This document shows, piece after piece, positions 33,258 through 47,146 of a DNA stretch of 50,330 nucleotides. The notes under the pieces are model-generated. The model saw nothing but the letters and a program-made list of their open reading frames with translations. It was not told the DNA's origin and did no database searches. Each line of letters opens with the position of its first letter. The stretch's first letter is position 1. The position numbers and the translations under genes are program-made. Source of the DNA: Macrostomum lignano. Lineage: Eukaryota. Location of the stretch: NCBI GenBank assembly GCA_002269645.1, contig NIVC01003371.1:1-50330 (forward strand). Direction: 5' to 3'.

Positions 33258-35364
33258 TCAATTCATGCCTGGTTCTGTAAATGGCTCTCGATGTTCATCG
33301 AAAAGTTTACGCCTGCAATAATGGAGATAAAGAAAGGATGTTATTAAATTTTTTATGCTCGTTAATAAAATCTTCAAATTCAGACCGGGCTTACAAAAAT
33401 CGGGGAGTGCGCAACACTTGAAATCCGTGGCCAAGTTGAGGAAATACTCCGTCGAAAAAGAAGTACAGATGACCGACTAATATGCCTGCATGAAATATAT
33501 TCGCAGCAGTGTGTAAGCATAATAATAGTACATGTATCCAATCCAACTAGCAAAGGTACACAAGCCCCTGATTCCATGTTGCCCAGGTGCGAAAATTTAC
33601 AAAAATTAATTAATTCGTGATACAACCAACCACCCCACTCTATAATCAGAACAGGTTTGATATGCAACACAACCAATCAACCTGGCTAGCTAATAAAATA
33701 AAAATCCTAAAGCGCGCTATCTTCTTCACACTGTAATCAGTACAGGTTGTAAGCTTTAACACACTTAATCGGTTAACATAAGGTCATAAGCTATTGTATC
33801 TCATGATTTAGCACAGGTGCAATAATCCCATTGTACATGCAAAACCTGTAATTAAACTAATCTCACCTAGCAGATTGGCCATGCAAGCAGACTTATACAG
33901 CACCATCGATATCAATAAGATTATTAGCGGCAGAAACAGTGCCGGAAATGCGATCTGGCCAATTAGGTGCAAGTTGATGAACCTGTACCAGCGATTACGG
34001 CACCACAGGTAGATCATCGACATGAGAAAGGACTGCGCCAGGAATGCCGAGCCAAGGAAACAGTTTGCTAGCTGAAAATTAAGTGAATTTTGATCAAGAA
34101 TCGTATACGTCCCACAAACCAGCTCTGAGGCACATAACACGCTCACGCAGGGTGTACACACTCTCTGTGCCTTGGGTGTTGGGTTGGCCCTCAATTATCA
34201 AGTATCAAGTCCATATACGTACGTACATGTAGAAAGATGTCAGTCTTCAATACACCTGTTGAATGGTGCCCGGAGACAACCAAACCATTATTCATAACTT
34301 GTCGGAAATCTTTGACACTAATTGCACCTATATACTGTCTCTGTATATTGGTCCTTTTAAGTCCTAGAACTATAGTACAAGCCTATAGCCGATCATAAAA
34401 TTAAAATTGCATCAACTCTCACTAGAATAAAGAAGCCACAGAATGCCAGCATAAAGACGAGGTCGCCTGTGCGATTCCGAAATACGTCCTCCTCGAGCAT
34501 GCGACAGCAGCGGTACACGGCTAAGAGGCGAAAGAAGAAGCTGAAGTTGAGCTTTCCAAGAAACAGAAAACAAGTTATTGGTCGCCAAATCTAAAATATA
34601 ATTAGAATTGCTGAAAATTTTATATGATCATTTTGACTCAATTTCATAAATTAATGAATATTGTAACAAATGAAGTAAGTTTAAATTTGTTGATCCTTTT
34701 GTATATATCTGTCTAAAATTTGTTATAGCTCTTTACCTTTTATTTCTATAGTTTGTGTTAATAGGGTTGTTACAGTTAGAGTTAACCTTGGATTATGCAT
34801 ATTGTATATGAAATTAACTACTATCCTTGAGACCAACAAATCTCAAAATAATAATGAAAAAGTAATTTAATTGCAACAAAAAATTCAAAGTAAAAAATGC
34901 CTTTATCCATTATTTATCATGTAAGTTCTTTAAAGTTATCTTATTTTATATAGCCTGTGTTGAAATCTTTCAAATTTTACCAATAACAACATGTAATACC
35001 AATAGTCATACTGCTCTTCACTGAGAAGAAAATAAGGTACTTAATAATTTCTGCATAAAATCAACACAATAAACAATTTATTTACCTGCATTGTTGTTAG
35101 CAGCAACTTCGGATTATAATAAAGCTGATGGGGACCAACGAATTCCAGATACTAATAATGTAGAAAAGCAAGTTTGAGAAAAGTAAATGAATCATAATAT
35201 ACAACTTAAATAAATATACACGCATACACTGGGTGGGATATAGAAAATCAAAATCAATTGCGCAGACTTACAACAGCCAAAGTAGTAACGAAGCATGCTG
35301 TACAGTAGGACCTCGTTACGATTGGTATTCGTTTGTAATCGCTTAAAAGGATGTCCAAAATCAT
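33258..35364 (-). CDS. DERL2: Derlin-2/3-like ERAD rhomboid pseudoprotease (225 aa, 6 exons)
   Basis: Exons (- strand) 35364-35272, 35151-35086, 34590-34423, 34071-33867, 33485-33395, 33312-33258; all GT-AG and in phase (678 nt). Peptides [44 protein letters not shown] and LRTP match Derlin-2/3. Family assignment is firm; the DERL2 versus DERL3 label is not resolvable. Confidence 0.88.
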
Positions 35365-36208
35365 TTTTCATTGATATCGACTAAATGCTATAGATACATG
35401 TATGGTACTTTGACTAATATAACTTTTAAGTCGGTATTTCGCACGAAAAAGCTTTTACTTTGATAGTTTCGAAAAATAAGTTAATTATTCTCGAGGCGCA
35501 GGGCCTGCGATAATACAGTGCCGAAATCAAATTCGCGGGATTGCTCGACTGTTTCTAGAAATTAACGACTTAATTTTCTTTCAGCAAATCCGGAGTGAAG
35601 CCGCTTAAAAATTACTTTAAATTCCTTTAAAACCCCGATACTTTTTCTTCGAGATTTTCTTTGCAAGAAGCAGATTAAGTTAGATAGTGAAGTTCAGCTC
35701 TGGTGGACTCGTTTTAATTCAGATGCGATACAAGGACTACAGTGGTCCTTGATGCGATATCATCGCGCCCTTGCAATTTGTCTAAGCATTGCAATTTACA
35801 GTGTTACTCGTGTGTAATAATTGATGTATCATACATAATCTTCATCTCCTAAATGCAACCTTGTAGTAGAGTACATGTACATACACGTGACTTAAAAGAG
35901 TCAAACGTTGATTTTTTCTAAGTTTTCCGACCACCGAAGTAAATAAAACCTCGCGGTGATTGATTGTTTGTTTATTAAAGCTATTAATGATAAATTTAAT
36001 TTTACATGCCTACGAGAATAAGTATTAAATATGAGTAGTTTTGTTAAGTCAACAAAACTGTTGTAGTAAAATTTTGTTTAAAATAGTTTACCGCTCATAG
36101 TCGCTTCGATCGGAAGTGGTGTGCAAATCTGGGTATTGAATCTTGTAGATCATGGCTACGAAGTTTTGTTGCCCCAGCGCTAGGGTTTATAGCTTCTAAA
36201 ATCTTCCG

Positions 36209-39200
36209 TCACTGCTGAGCAACAAGGAAACTGCGCTTTCGATAATGCCGCAGCCGATGCTGATGCTGTTGGCGTCCTCGGTCGACGCTGCGCTTTTCTT
36301 TATTCCCACGCCTCCTTCTGCCAGCAGCTCCCTGGCCACACATCTCGATCGGCAAAATCTGAATGTCTTGCTTAGTCCGACAGGAGGTTCGCCTCAGCTC
36401 GCAGCCGGAGTCGTGGATTCGACCGTCGCTGCCGCAGACGCTGGTCTCGCCAGGGCTGTACAGACAGTTAGTCGGACAGTGGCATTGCGGCTGGCCGCGC
36501 GAGTTGACGCGGCACAGACCGAAGTGCGGACAGGTGACCTTCCTGCACGGATTGCAGCTGCTTCTCTCGCTGACTCGAATGTCGCGCCGCAATTCGAACG
36601 CCCTCCGGCGCAGGTGGCACTCAGATTTGTACGTGACGCCGTCCGTACCGCACACCTGGGCGCTGAACTCTCCGCCTGCGGCGGACAGAATCACGGCCAG
36701 CAGCCAGCGGTCTCCGGCCGGCTCAGCATCGTCTGGCGTCTCCGACCAGAGGCATTCGGGCGGGTCGCAGGCGAACTTGCCACTGTAGCTAATCTGGTGA
36801 TGCGACATCAACTTCTCCTCGATGCGCACCCGACAGACGCCGCCAAACAGGCAGGGCTGGCTGCGGCCACGGCCGCACAGGCCCTCCCGGCTGCAGCTGC
36901 CGCGATGGACTGGCAGCAGCTGTTTCGGTGGCAGATTGTTCAGACAGGCGTGCCTGTACAGGTGGCACAGCGACTCGTAGGTGTTATTGTCGGAGCCGCA
37001 AACCGGACTGAGCACTGGCGGACAGGACTCCGGACAGTGACAGGTGGACACGCCTGTCAGCTCATTCTCAACTCGGCAGCGCTGGTAAGGATGCCGGCAC
37101 TCGGTGCAGTATTTGCCGGTTGGACACTCGCCGGTGGACAGCTTCGTGGTGTTGACGCCGCGAAGGCAGGCGTCGTGGTTCATCCGGCACTGGTCTGAGT
37201 AGGTTACGCCGTTGGATGCGCACACCAGATCGCCAGCGTCCGGGCCGATGCGGTCGCCTGCGAAAGCGAGTTTGAGCTGTTGAAGTAAGTTTAAGGAGGC
37301 CTCTAGGACTGAGGAACTGAAATCTATTGATCTGAGGAACTAGAACCTCTAGATTTGGGAAACTGAATGCATCTAGATCTGAGGAATTGGATGCATCTAG
37401 ATCTGAGGAATTGGATGCCTCTAGATCTGAGGAATTGGATGCCTCAAGATCTGAGGAATTGGATGCCTCTAGATCTGAGGAATTGGATGCCTCTAGATCT
37501 GAGGAATTGGATGCCTAGCTCTAGATCTGAGGAATTGGATGCTTCTAGATCTGAGGAATTGGATGCCTCTAGATCTGAGGAATTGGATGCCTCAAGATCT
37601 GAGGAATTGGATGCCTCTAGATCTGAGGAATTGGATGCATCTAGATCTGAGGAATTGGATGCCTCTAGATCTGAGGAATTGGATGCCTAGCTCTAGATCT
37701 GAGGAATTGGATGCCTCTAGATCTGAGGAATTGGATGCCTCTAGATCTGAAGGAATTGGATGCCTCTAGATCTGAGGAATTGGATGCCTCTAGATCTGAG
37801 GAATTGGATGCCTCTAGATCTGAGGAATTGCATGCTTCTAGATTTGAGGAATTGGATGCCTCTAGATCTGAGGAATTGGATGCCTAGCTCTAGATCTGAG
37901 GAATTGGATGCCTCTAGATCTGAGGAATTGGATGCCTCTAGATATGAAGGAATTGGATGCCTCTAGATCTGAGGAATTGGATGCCTCTAGATCTGAGGAA
38001 TTGGATGCATCTAGATCTGAGGAATTGGATGCCTCTAGATCTGAGGAATTAGATGCCTCTAGATCTGAGGAATTGGATGCCTCTAGATCTGAGGAATTGC
38101 ATGCTTCTAGATTTGAGGAATTGGATGCCTCTAGATCTGAGGAATTGGATGCCTAGCTCTAGATCTGAGGAATTGGATGCCTCTAGATCTGAGGAATTGG
38201 ATGCCTCTAGATCTGAAGGAATTGGATGCCTCTAGATCTGAGGAATTGGATGCCTCTAGATCTGAGGAATTGGATGCCTCTAGATCTGAGGAATTGCATG
38301 CTTCTAGATTTGAGGAATTGGATGCCTCTAGATCTGAGGAATTGGATGCCTAGCTCTAGATCTGAGGAATTGGATGCCTCTAGATCTGAGGAATTGGATG
38401 CCTCTAGATCTGAAGGAATTGGATGCCTCTAGATCTGAGGAATTGGATGCCTCTAGATCTGAGGAATTGGATGCATCTAGATCTGAGGAATTGGATGCCT
38501 AGCTCTAGATCTGAGGAATTGGATGCCTCTAGATCTGAGGAATTGGATGCCTCTAGATCTGAAGGAATTGGATGCCTCTAGATCTGAGGAATTGGATGCC
38601 TCTAGATCTGAGGAATTGGATGCATCTAGATCTGAGGAATTGGATGCCTCTAGATCTGAGGAATTGGATGCCTCTAGATCTGAAGGAATTGGATGCCTCT
38701 AGATCTGAGGAATTGGATGCCTCTAGATCTGAGGAATTGGATGCATCTAGATCTGAGGAATTGGATGCCTCTAGATCTGAGGAATTAGATGCCTCTAGAT
38801 CTGAGGAATTGGATGCCTCTAGATCTGAGGAATTGCATGCTTCTAGATTTGAGGAATTGGATGCCTCTAGATCTGAGGAATTGGATGCCTAGCTCTAGAT
38901 CTGAGGAATTGGATGCCTCTAGATCTGAGGAATTGGATGCCTCTAGATCTGAAGGAATTGGATGCCTCTAGATCTGAGGAATTGGATGCCTCTAGATCTG
39001 AGGAATTGCATGCTTCTAGATTTGAGGAATTAAGACGCCTCTAGATCTGAGGAATTGCATGCCTCTAGATCTGAGGAATTGCATGCTTCTAGATTTGAGG
39101 AATTAAGACGCCTCTAGATCTGAGGAATTGCATACCTCTAGATCTGAGGAATTGGATGCCTAGCTCTAGATCTGAGGAATTGGATGCCTCTAGATCTGAG

Positions 39201-40449
39201 GAATTGCATGCCTCTAGATTCCACTAGGAACTGGACATCAAACACTTCTCAGCGGTTACAAAAAAGTCACAAAATGCCCAACACTTTCTACTTGATCAGT
39301 CAGTAGTAGTATATCTAGCCGCCTACACGAATAATTGCACTCGCATCGGGGCCGCCTCAGAGCATCTAAAACGCAGCGCTGATTCTGCGGGCACACGGAG
39401 CGCCGCCTCCCGTTGCTTTCCAGGACGCAGGGGTCGCAGACGCCGCGGTACACAGGCGTCACCATGACAGCGGCGTGGCAGGAGGCGCGCTGAAGGTGGC
39501 ACAGACTTTCGTAGGTGATGCCATCGCTGCCGCACACCTGCATTCGAACAATGTACATGTATCGCTTTGGCATCGGGCTCGTGGGTTGCTTAAATAATAT
39601 TCTAGAATCTCAACTCTAGATACCTATACTGCATCCATGCAGTTTCATTATGTCCATTGAGCTAAACTGTCAGTGTAAACTTTTCTCTACTCTCTCTTCT
39701 CATCTCACACTCTGCCCTCCGTCTCATCTCACACTCTGCCCTCCGTCTCATCTCACACTCTGCCCTCCGTCTCATCTCACACTCTGCCCTCCGTCTCATC
39801 TCACACTCTGCCCTCCGTCTCATCTCACACTCTGCCCTCCGTCTCATCTCACACTCTGCCCTCCGTCTCATCTCACACTCTGCCCTCCGTCTCATCTCAC
39901 ACTCTGCCCTCCGTCTCATCTCACACTCTGCCCTCCGTCTCATCTCACACTCTGCCCTCCGTCTCATCTCACACTCTGCCCTCCGTCTCATCTCACACTC
40001 TGCCCTCCGTCTCATCTCACACTCTGCCCTCCGTCTCATCTCACACTCTGCCCTCCGTCTCATCTCATAGTCTCTCTTCTCATCTAACACTCTGCCCTCC
40101 ATCTCATCTCATAGTCTCTCTTCTCATCTCACACTCTGCCATCTGTCTCATCTCATAGTCTCTCTTCTCATCTCACACTCTGCCCTCCGTCTCATCTCAC
40201 ATTGCTTTCCCTCTCACTGTCTGCCCCCGTCACCTGTCCGCTATCATCGCTGTCACCGATGTCCCAGCAGTCCGTGGGGCAGGTGCACTTGTACTTGTGC
40301 ATGTTCAATGCCGGCACACACTGGGCATTGTCCGGGCAGGTGACTTCGTGGCACGGATTCTTCCAGCCTCGGTAGATGAAACACGGAGCAGCTGACGCGG
40401 CTGCAATCAGAGCGGCAGTCAGCAACAACAGCAGCCTGTGTTGGGACAT
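36209..40449 (-). CDS. Secreted protein with five follistatin/Kazal modules (agrin N-terminal-like), 491 aa, 3 coding exons
   Basis: Exons (- strand) 40449-40234, 39537-39327, 37257-36209; phases consistent (1476 nt), and the exon 2/3 junction rebuilds a Cys codon. Signal peptide MSQHRLLLLLTAALIAAASA; five VC(G/A)(S/T)(D/N)(G/N) Kazal cores. Confidence 0.88.
37300..39230. repeat. 24-bp minisatellite (GATGCCTCTAGATCTGAGGAATTG) with internal higher-order duplication
   Basis: Direct reading; identical 60-codon ORFs at 38053 and 38789 (offset 736). Confidence 0.95.
39680..40200. repeat. 24-bp minisatellite (TCTCATCTCACACTCTGCCCTCCG)
   Basis: Direct reading. Confidence 0.95.
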
Positions 40450-40633
40450 TGGAAATTGTCACTGCCCTTCAATATTATTGTGTATAGACATATAGCTGCA
40501 AAAAACCCAACTGAGTGAATGAGTTTATATACTGCACTTATACCTTCATTCGTATCTATTGGCTGACAAGTTTCAGCCACTGCAAGACTGGCTTAAACAG
40601 CCTCCGGCTTTTCTGTCATGTCTTTCCAACAGC

Positions 40634-41915
<1,282 letters not shown>

Positions 41916-42204
41916 CTTAAAGTTTCTATACAAATGTATCCCTTTAACTTCTTTTAGAGCGCTATAATCATTTTAAAGCAGAAAATCGATCAGAGTTTCA
42001 CCGAAAAGAGTGACGAAGAGCCGGGGTATTTCTGTCGACGCCCCAGGAACTCCCTTTATCAATCGATGCCAGCGGGCCGCTCCAGTTTCGATTCCCAAAA
42101 CTGAATTCGTCTAAAAGTTCGTGCTTTAGGAAAAATGCGGCTCATTTGTCTGTTTTTTTACATTCGCTTCTGTGTTTGCCACTGTGCGGTTGAGGAGTTT
42201 GCGG

Positions 42205-42522
<318 letters not shown>

Positions 42523-42949
42523 CGAATATCCCAGTGCCACAGTCAGTCAGCAGTCTTACAGCCGCAGTGCTAGCAGCAGTTGGCAATACAAGTTATCTAT
42601 CCCCGATCTGCATATTCAGGATGAAGGCTGCGTCACTGCCACCTCTTTCCCTTCTCTCTCTGTCAATAAAATTAGACGGTCCTAATCCTCCGGATATCCC
42701 TTCCACCCCTTTATCTCTCTTCCCCACTTGGCTGGGATTGCCCTTTCATTATTTGGGTTCGATGGATTCGATAGAAACTGCAAAGCGGATGGGAGATTCG
42801 GCGGGGGGGGGGAATAAAAGCTGATCCGCCTCTGGGGGCGATGGGATACACAATGCGGCCTGGGCTGAGCTGGCTTACAGACGAGGTTTGAAAAGGGAGT
42901 TCGATGTACCATTAGCCGTGGAGGAACTGCATACAGTACTGTAAAAGCC

Positions 42950-43620
42950 TCTAGATCTGGAATTAAAGCCTCTATATCTGGAATTTCAGCCTCTAGTTCT
43001 GGATTTACAGCCTCTAGATCTAGATTTACAGCCTCTAGATCTAGATTTACAGCCTCTAGTTCTGGGTTTACAGCCTCTAGATCTAGATTTACAGCCTCTA
43101 GTTATGGATTTACAGCCTCTAGATCTAGATTTACATCCTCTAGTTATAGATTTACAGCCTCTAGTTCTGGATTTACAGCCTCTAGATCTAGATTTACAGC
43201 CTCTAGTTCTGGGTTTACAGCCTCTAGATCTAGATTTACAGCCTCTAGTTCTGGATTTACAGCCTCTAGATCTAGATTTACAGCCTAGTTATAGATTTAC
43301 AGCCTCTAGTTCTGGATTTACAGCCTCTAGATCTAGATTTACAGCTTCTAGTTATGGATTTACAGCCTCTAGTTCTGGATTTACAGCTTCTAGATCTAGA
43401 TTTACAGCCTCTAGTTCTGGATTTACAGCCTCTAGTTATGGATTTCAGCCTCTAGATCTGTAGCTATAGCCTCTAGATCTGTAGCTATAGCCTCTAGATC
43501 TGTAGTTGTAGTCTCTAAATCTGAATTTACAGCCTCTAGACTACAGCCTGTAAATTTGGAATTAAAGCTTTATATCTGGAATTACAGCCTTTAGTTCTAA
43601 AATATGAACCTCTAGATATA
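42950..43620. repeat. 21-bp minisatellite (TACAGCCTCTAGATCTAGATT)
   Basis: Direct reading; shares the core GCCTCTAGATCT with the 24-bp array. Confidence 0.9.
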
Positions 43621-44569
43621 AAATTAGAGCTTTGAAAAGCATCGATAAATGAATTACTTACACCAGCCTCCCAATGTGGACTTCCATACAGTTACTATCA
43701 GAACTTGAATGAATTCAAAGGTTTAAAAATTTATTCAGGTTTCCTGCATTGGAGCTGGGATCCCTCTGGAACCTGCTGTGTGTATAACCATGGTATTATT
43801 GTACACTAATAGGCTGATGTGCGTGCATGCTGGGCATGGGTTCGAGAACAAGCCCGCATAAACCTGCATCGTGTCAGGAAGAGTCAAGGACAAACTGTCT
43901 GTCATCCTTGCGTGTCGTAAAAAAAGTTGCAATTCTAGGCTTGATGGGATTTTAGTCAGCTGAACATTTCAGCCTGCATATAACCCCACCGCGTGGTTCA
44001 TAGTTTTTTTATCGCAGGCTCAATCATGAGTTGACCTGGGAACAAATTGCTGTGCTAAAATTCCCTAGGGTAATGACATTGCATGAGTTTCCACTGAAGT
44101 TTACTGAATTTTACGTCATATGCATTTACTGAGAAAAAACTCTATTAGCTTTTACCTAACTTCATCTACACCGGCATCTCTACTACACTTAATGTAACTG
44201 CCGCTGCTGCTACACCCTGATATCCCTAATCCTTAATTCAACGTCTGCTGCGCTACACCCTCGATCCTTGATCTTAATCCGTGACTGCTGCTATTACTGT
44301 AGCATACCCTCGACTCTTTGAATCTTAATCCGCGTCGACTGCTGCGCTACACCCAGCTCCCTGATCTTTCACATCCTCACTGATATTCTTCATCTGCACT
44401 GCCCCTAACAACCCACTGTTGCCCTTCATCCTGACTGCTGCTACATAAAGATCCTCGTTTTTTGATGCTGTTTTTTGCACGTACATGTACTACTGTGTAT
44501 ATGTATACATGTACATTTTATTTTATTATACGACGGGCCGGACAATTTACAGTAAGTCAACTTGACATG

Positions 44570-44656
44570 GCCAATTCCTCAGATCTAGAGGCATGCAATT
44601 CGTCAGATCTAGAGGCACCCAATTCCTCAGATCTAGAGCTAGGCATCCAATTCCTC
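44570..44656 (-). repeat. Short inverted copy (about 3.5 units) of the 24-bp satellite at 37300-39230
   Basis: AATTCCTCAGATCTAGAGGCAT is the reverse complement of the unit and includes the AGCT-insertion variant. Confidence 0.85.
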
Positions 44657-44932
44657 AGTGTACGTACTGTAACCACAGAAACTGCACCCGGCACGTAAAA
44701 GCAAACGAAATTTTGCATGTATATGTACGCATTAATGATGATAAGATTCGATCCGTGCCTAATATATATATAAATCGCAGGCATGTGTCCCTTTTGCAGG
44801 TATATGTATCGATTTATATATATATCTATTGTTTTCGATTTGTCGTAAAACTGCAACGGTATGGTGTATGGTCTATTAGCTTTGTAAGATAAGGAAACAC
44901 AACAGCATCTCGCTAAGCCGAAAAAATCAAGC

Positions 44933-44982
44933 CATGGATGAAGGAATAGAAAGAATAGAATAGATATACTCCTTCATCCATG
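44933..44982. mobile_element. 50-bp miniature inverted-repeat element
   Basis: Perfect 13-bp TIRs CATGGATGAAGGA / TCCTTCATCCATG; flanks AATCAAGC / AATCGAGC (7/8 match, candidate 8-bp TSD). Confidence 0.6.
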
Positions 44983-46463
44983 AATCGAGCCCGTAAACCA
45001 CAAAGAATAAAGCAGTTAAACAACAAACTAATTTTTATGCTTAATTTATTGTATAAATAATAGAAAGCATCAACATAAATAGCATAAAAGTGTACTATCA
45101 GTTATTAAGGAATGCTAAAAGTAAAATTTCTTGACATTTATCTTTTTATTTTAATTATACATCGTATAAAGATTTTCTAAAAAAATAGCTACTTTATTTT
45201 CCTTTTTTGATTGCTTTTGTTACGAAACAGAGCCTCTAGTGCATAATGTGCGTTGAACTTACAATTCGATGTTTGACCACATAATTGCGCTATTTAACAA
45301 TTTCTGCATTTTTTCTTATAATTCATCATAGAAACAATTGGATTAGTCGATTAGACTAGCTCTTGTGGCTTTATTAGGCCCTAGGCTTAGCCTTTATACC
45401 AGAGTTGACGAATTAGATGTTGACGAATTCGGTGGCACCCCTTTATACCGCTAGGACCTATTTCATCAGATGGTAGTGGTAGTACCTCCTGGTACTGGGT
45501 ACTTGTTTACATTGTCTTGTAAAGTTGTGATCAATGTACCCTTGTGGCCTTGTCCGGTGTCCCTGCTAGGCCTACTGTTAGGCCTACTAGAATGGTCTTT
45601 GCATTATGCTTGGGCTTTCTTTCCTTATAGCTTAGGCTTATGTTATATTATATGGGCATGTCAACCTGGCACAGGCCTACTCACTATTTAATATCAATTT
45701 ATTGTTGGTGTTACTCATCCATGCAATAAGATAGGTCTAGCCATCTAGATCATATGTATATATAGCTCAGCCTATTTAGTCTAGCTATTATCATGTTAGC
45801 CTTATAGGCCTAGTTTAAAGTCATGAGCCTTGACTTCAAAACAGATTTTAATAAAATTTAATTATTAAATGGCATAAGCCATAACTATAACATATTTTTG
45901 GCATAACTAGGCTTATAACAAAATAGACTATGGAAGTCAGGATCATATTAGGCATAGGCCTATAGATATGCTAGAAGTTACAAAAAATATATTTGATTAT
46001 ATACTAGGCCTATATATACCAAGTATGCCAAACAAGATGCACTAATATGTGAAATATACCAATGGTTGCCTAAAAATCTGTATGTTAATGCTTATTCTAG
46101 TCTAGTATCAATGTAAACATTGACGTAGTCGTAAATTAAAAAAATATTTTTTCATTTTTGATGAAACTATTATCATTCATTTAAATATTTATAATATATT
46201 AAAAAAATAATTGTTTAGTTATATATATAATAATTTTACATGACAATCATTGCTTAGCCTTAGGGCCAAACTTATTAGTTTTAGGAGATAATCACCATTG
46301 AAAAAATGTCTTAATTGTCTGTTCAAACTGAAAAAAAACATTTTATAGGCCTAAGTTAATTAAAAAACATTTAAATAGTTAGTCTGTATATATTTAGTTT
46401 TAGTAGACTATCATTTCAAGAAAACTTTTATGAAAGAATGATTGCGTTCCTATACGCTATAGT

Positions 46464-47146
46464 TAGAGCTGTCACAAGATCTCGATGAGACAAGATTCGA
46501 GACAAGATCTCAACATTTTTTCTCGTCTCGAGAAATCTCAAATTTTGTCAAGAAATTCGAGACAAGATTCAAGAATTTTTCTGATACCTTTTTTCAAAAG
46601 CTTTTAAGTGATAAGATATAAAAAGGGGAGCAAATTTTCATATAAATACAACTGTTTGTTGTAACATGCTTGATAGGGCAATTTTCAAATGGTAAAATCT
46701 AGCCAATGTTGAGCAATTATTTAACGAATGTCGTTATATACAAGTTTGCATTGCATATGCACTTTTTTAGTTATCATTTCAGTTCTGCAGCAAGGTGTAT
46801 CATAGCAGACTTGAAGACAATCTACACAGGTCTTTTGACGAATTAATAATAGACATAGTATGGCCAAGGGCCTATATGCTATAAGCATAAATTCTTATGA
46901 ATAAATAGCAAAGAATTTAAACTAGAATTAAGAAAGTATTCTGGAAAATCTAAAAAATATATTTTAGAATTGTATCTTATCAAGAAATTTAAGACAAGAT
47001 AAGGCAAGATAAGAGCAAGACAAGATGCAATTCTGAAATAATTTTTTAGATTTACTTTGTCTTGTCTTGTCTCGAAATTCTCAACTTATAAGCCTTTCTC
47101 GTCTCGAATCTCATCTCGAATAAAATCTCTAATTTTGACAGCTCTA
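46464..47146. mobile_element. Non-autonomous hAT-type DNA transposon (MITE), 683 bp
   Basis: 11-bp TIRs TAGAGCTGTCA / TGACAGCTCTA; 8-bp TSD GCTATAGT / CCTATAGT (7/8); subterminal TCTCGA and GACAAGA repeats at both ends; no ORF. Confidence 0.85.

Noticed and set aside
33380-34194. ORF-track entries 33380-33676 and 33808-34194 as independent genes
   Set aside because: The second contains Derlin exon 4 plus intron read-through. The first is in a different frame from the true exon 33485-33395.
36209-40449. Calling the follistatin/Kazal gene agrin
   Set aside because: Only five FS modules and an in-frame stop; no NtA, laminin-EGF, SEA or LamG domains in the window.
44762-44825. 16-bp inverted repeat ATATATATATAAATCG / CGATTTATATATATAT
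   Set aside because: Mostly self-complementary (AT)n; no TSD seen; likely low-complexity chance.
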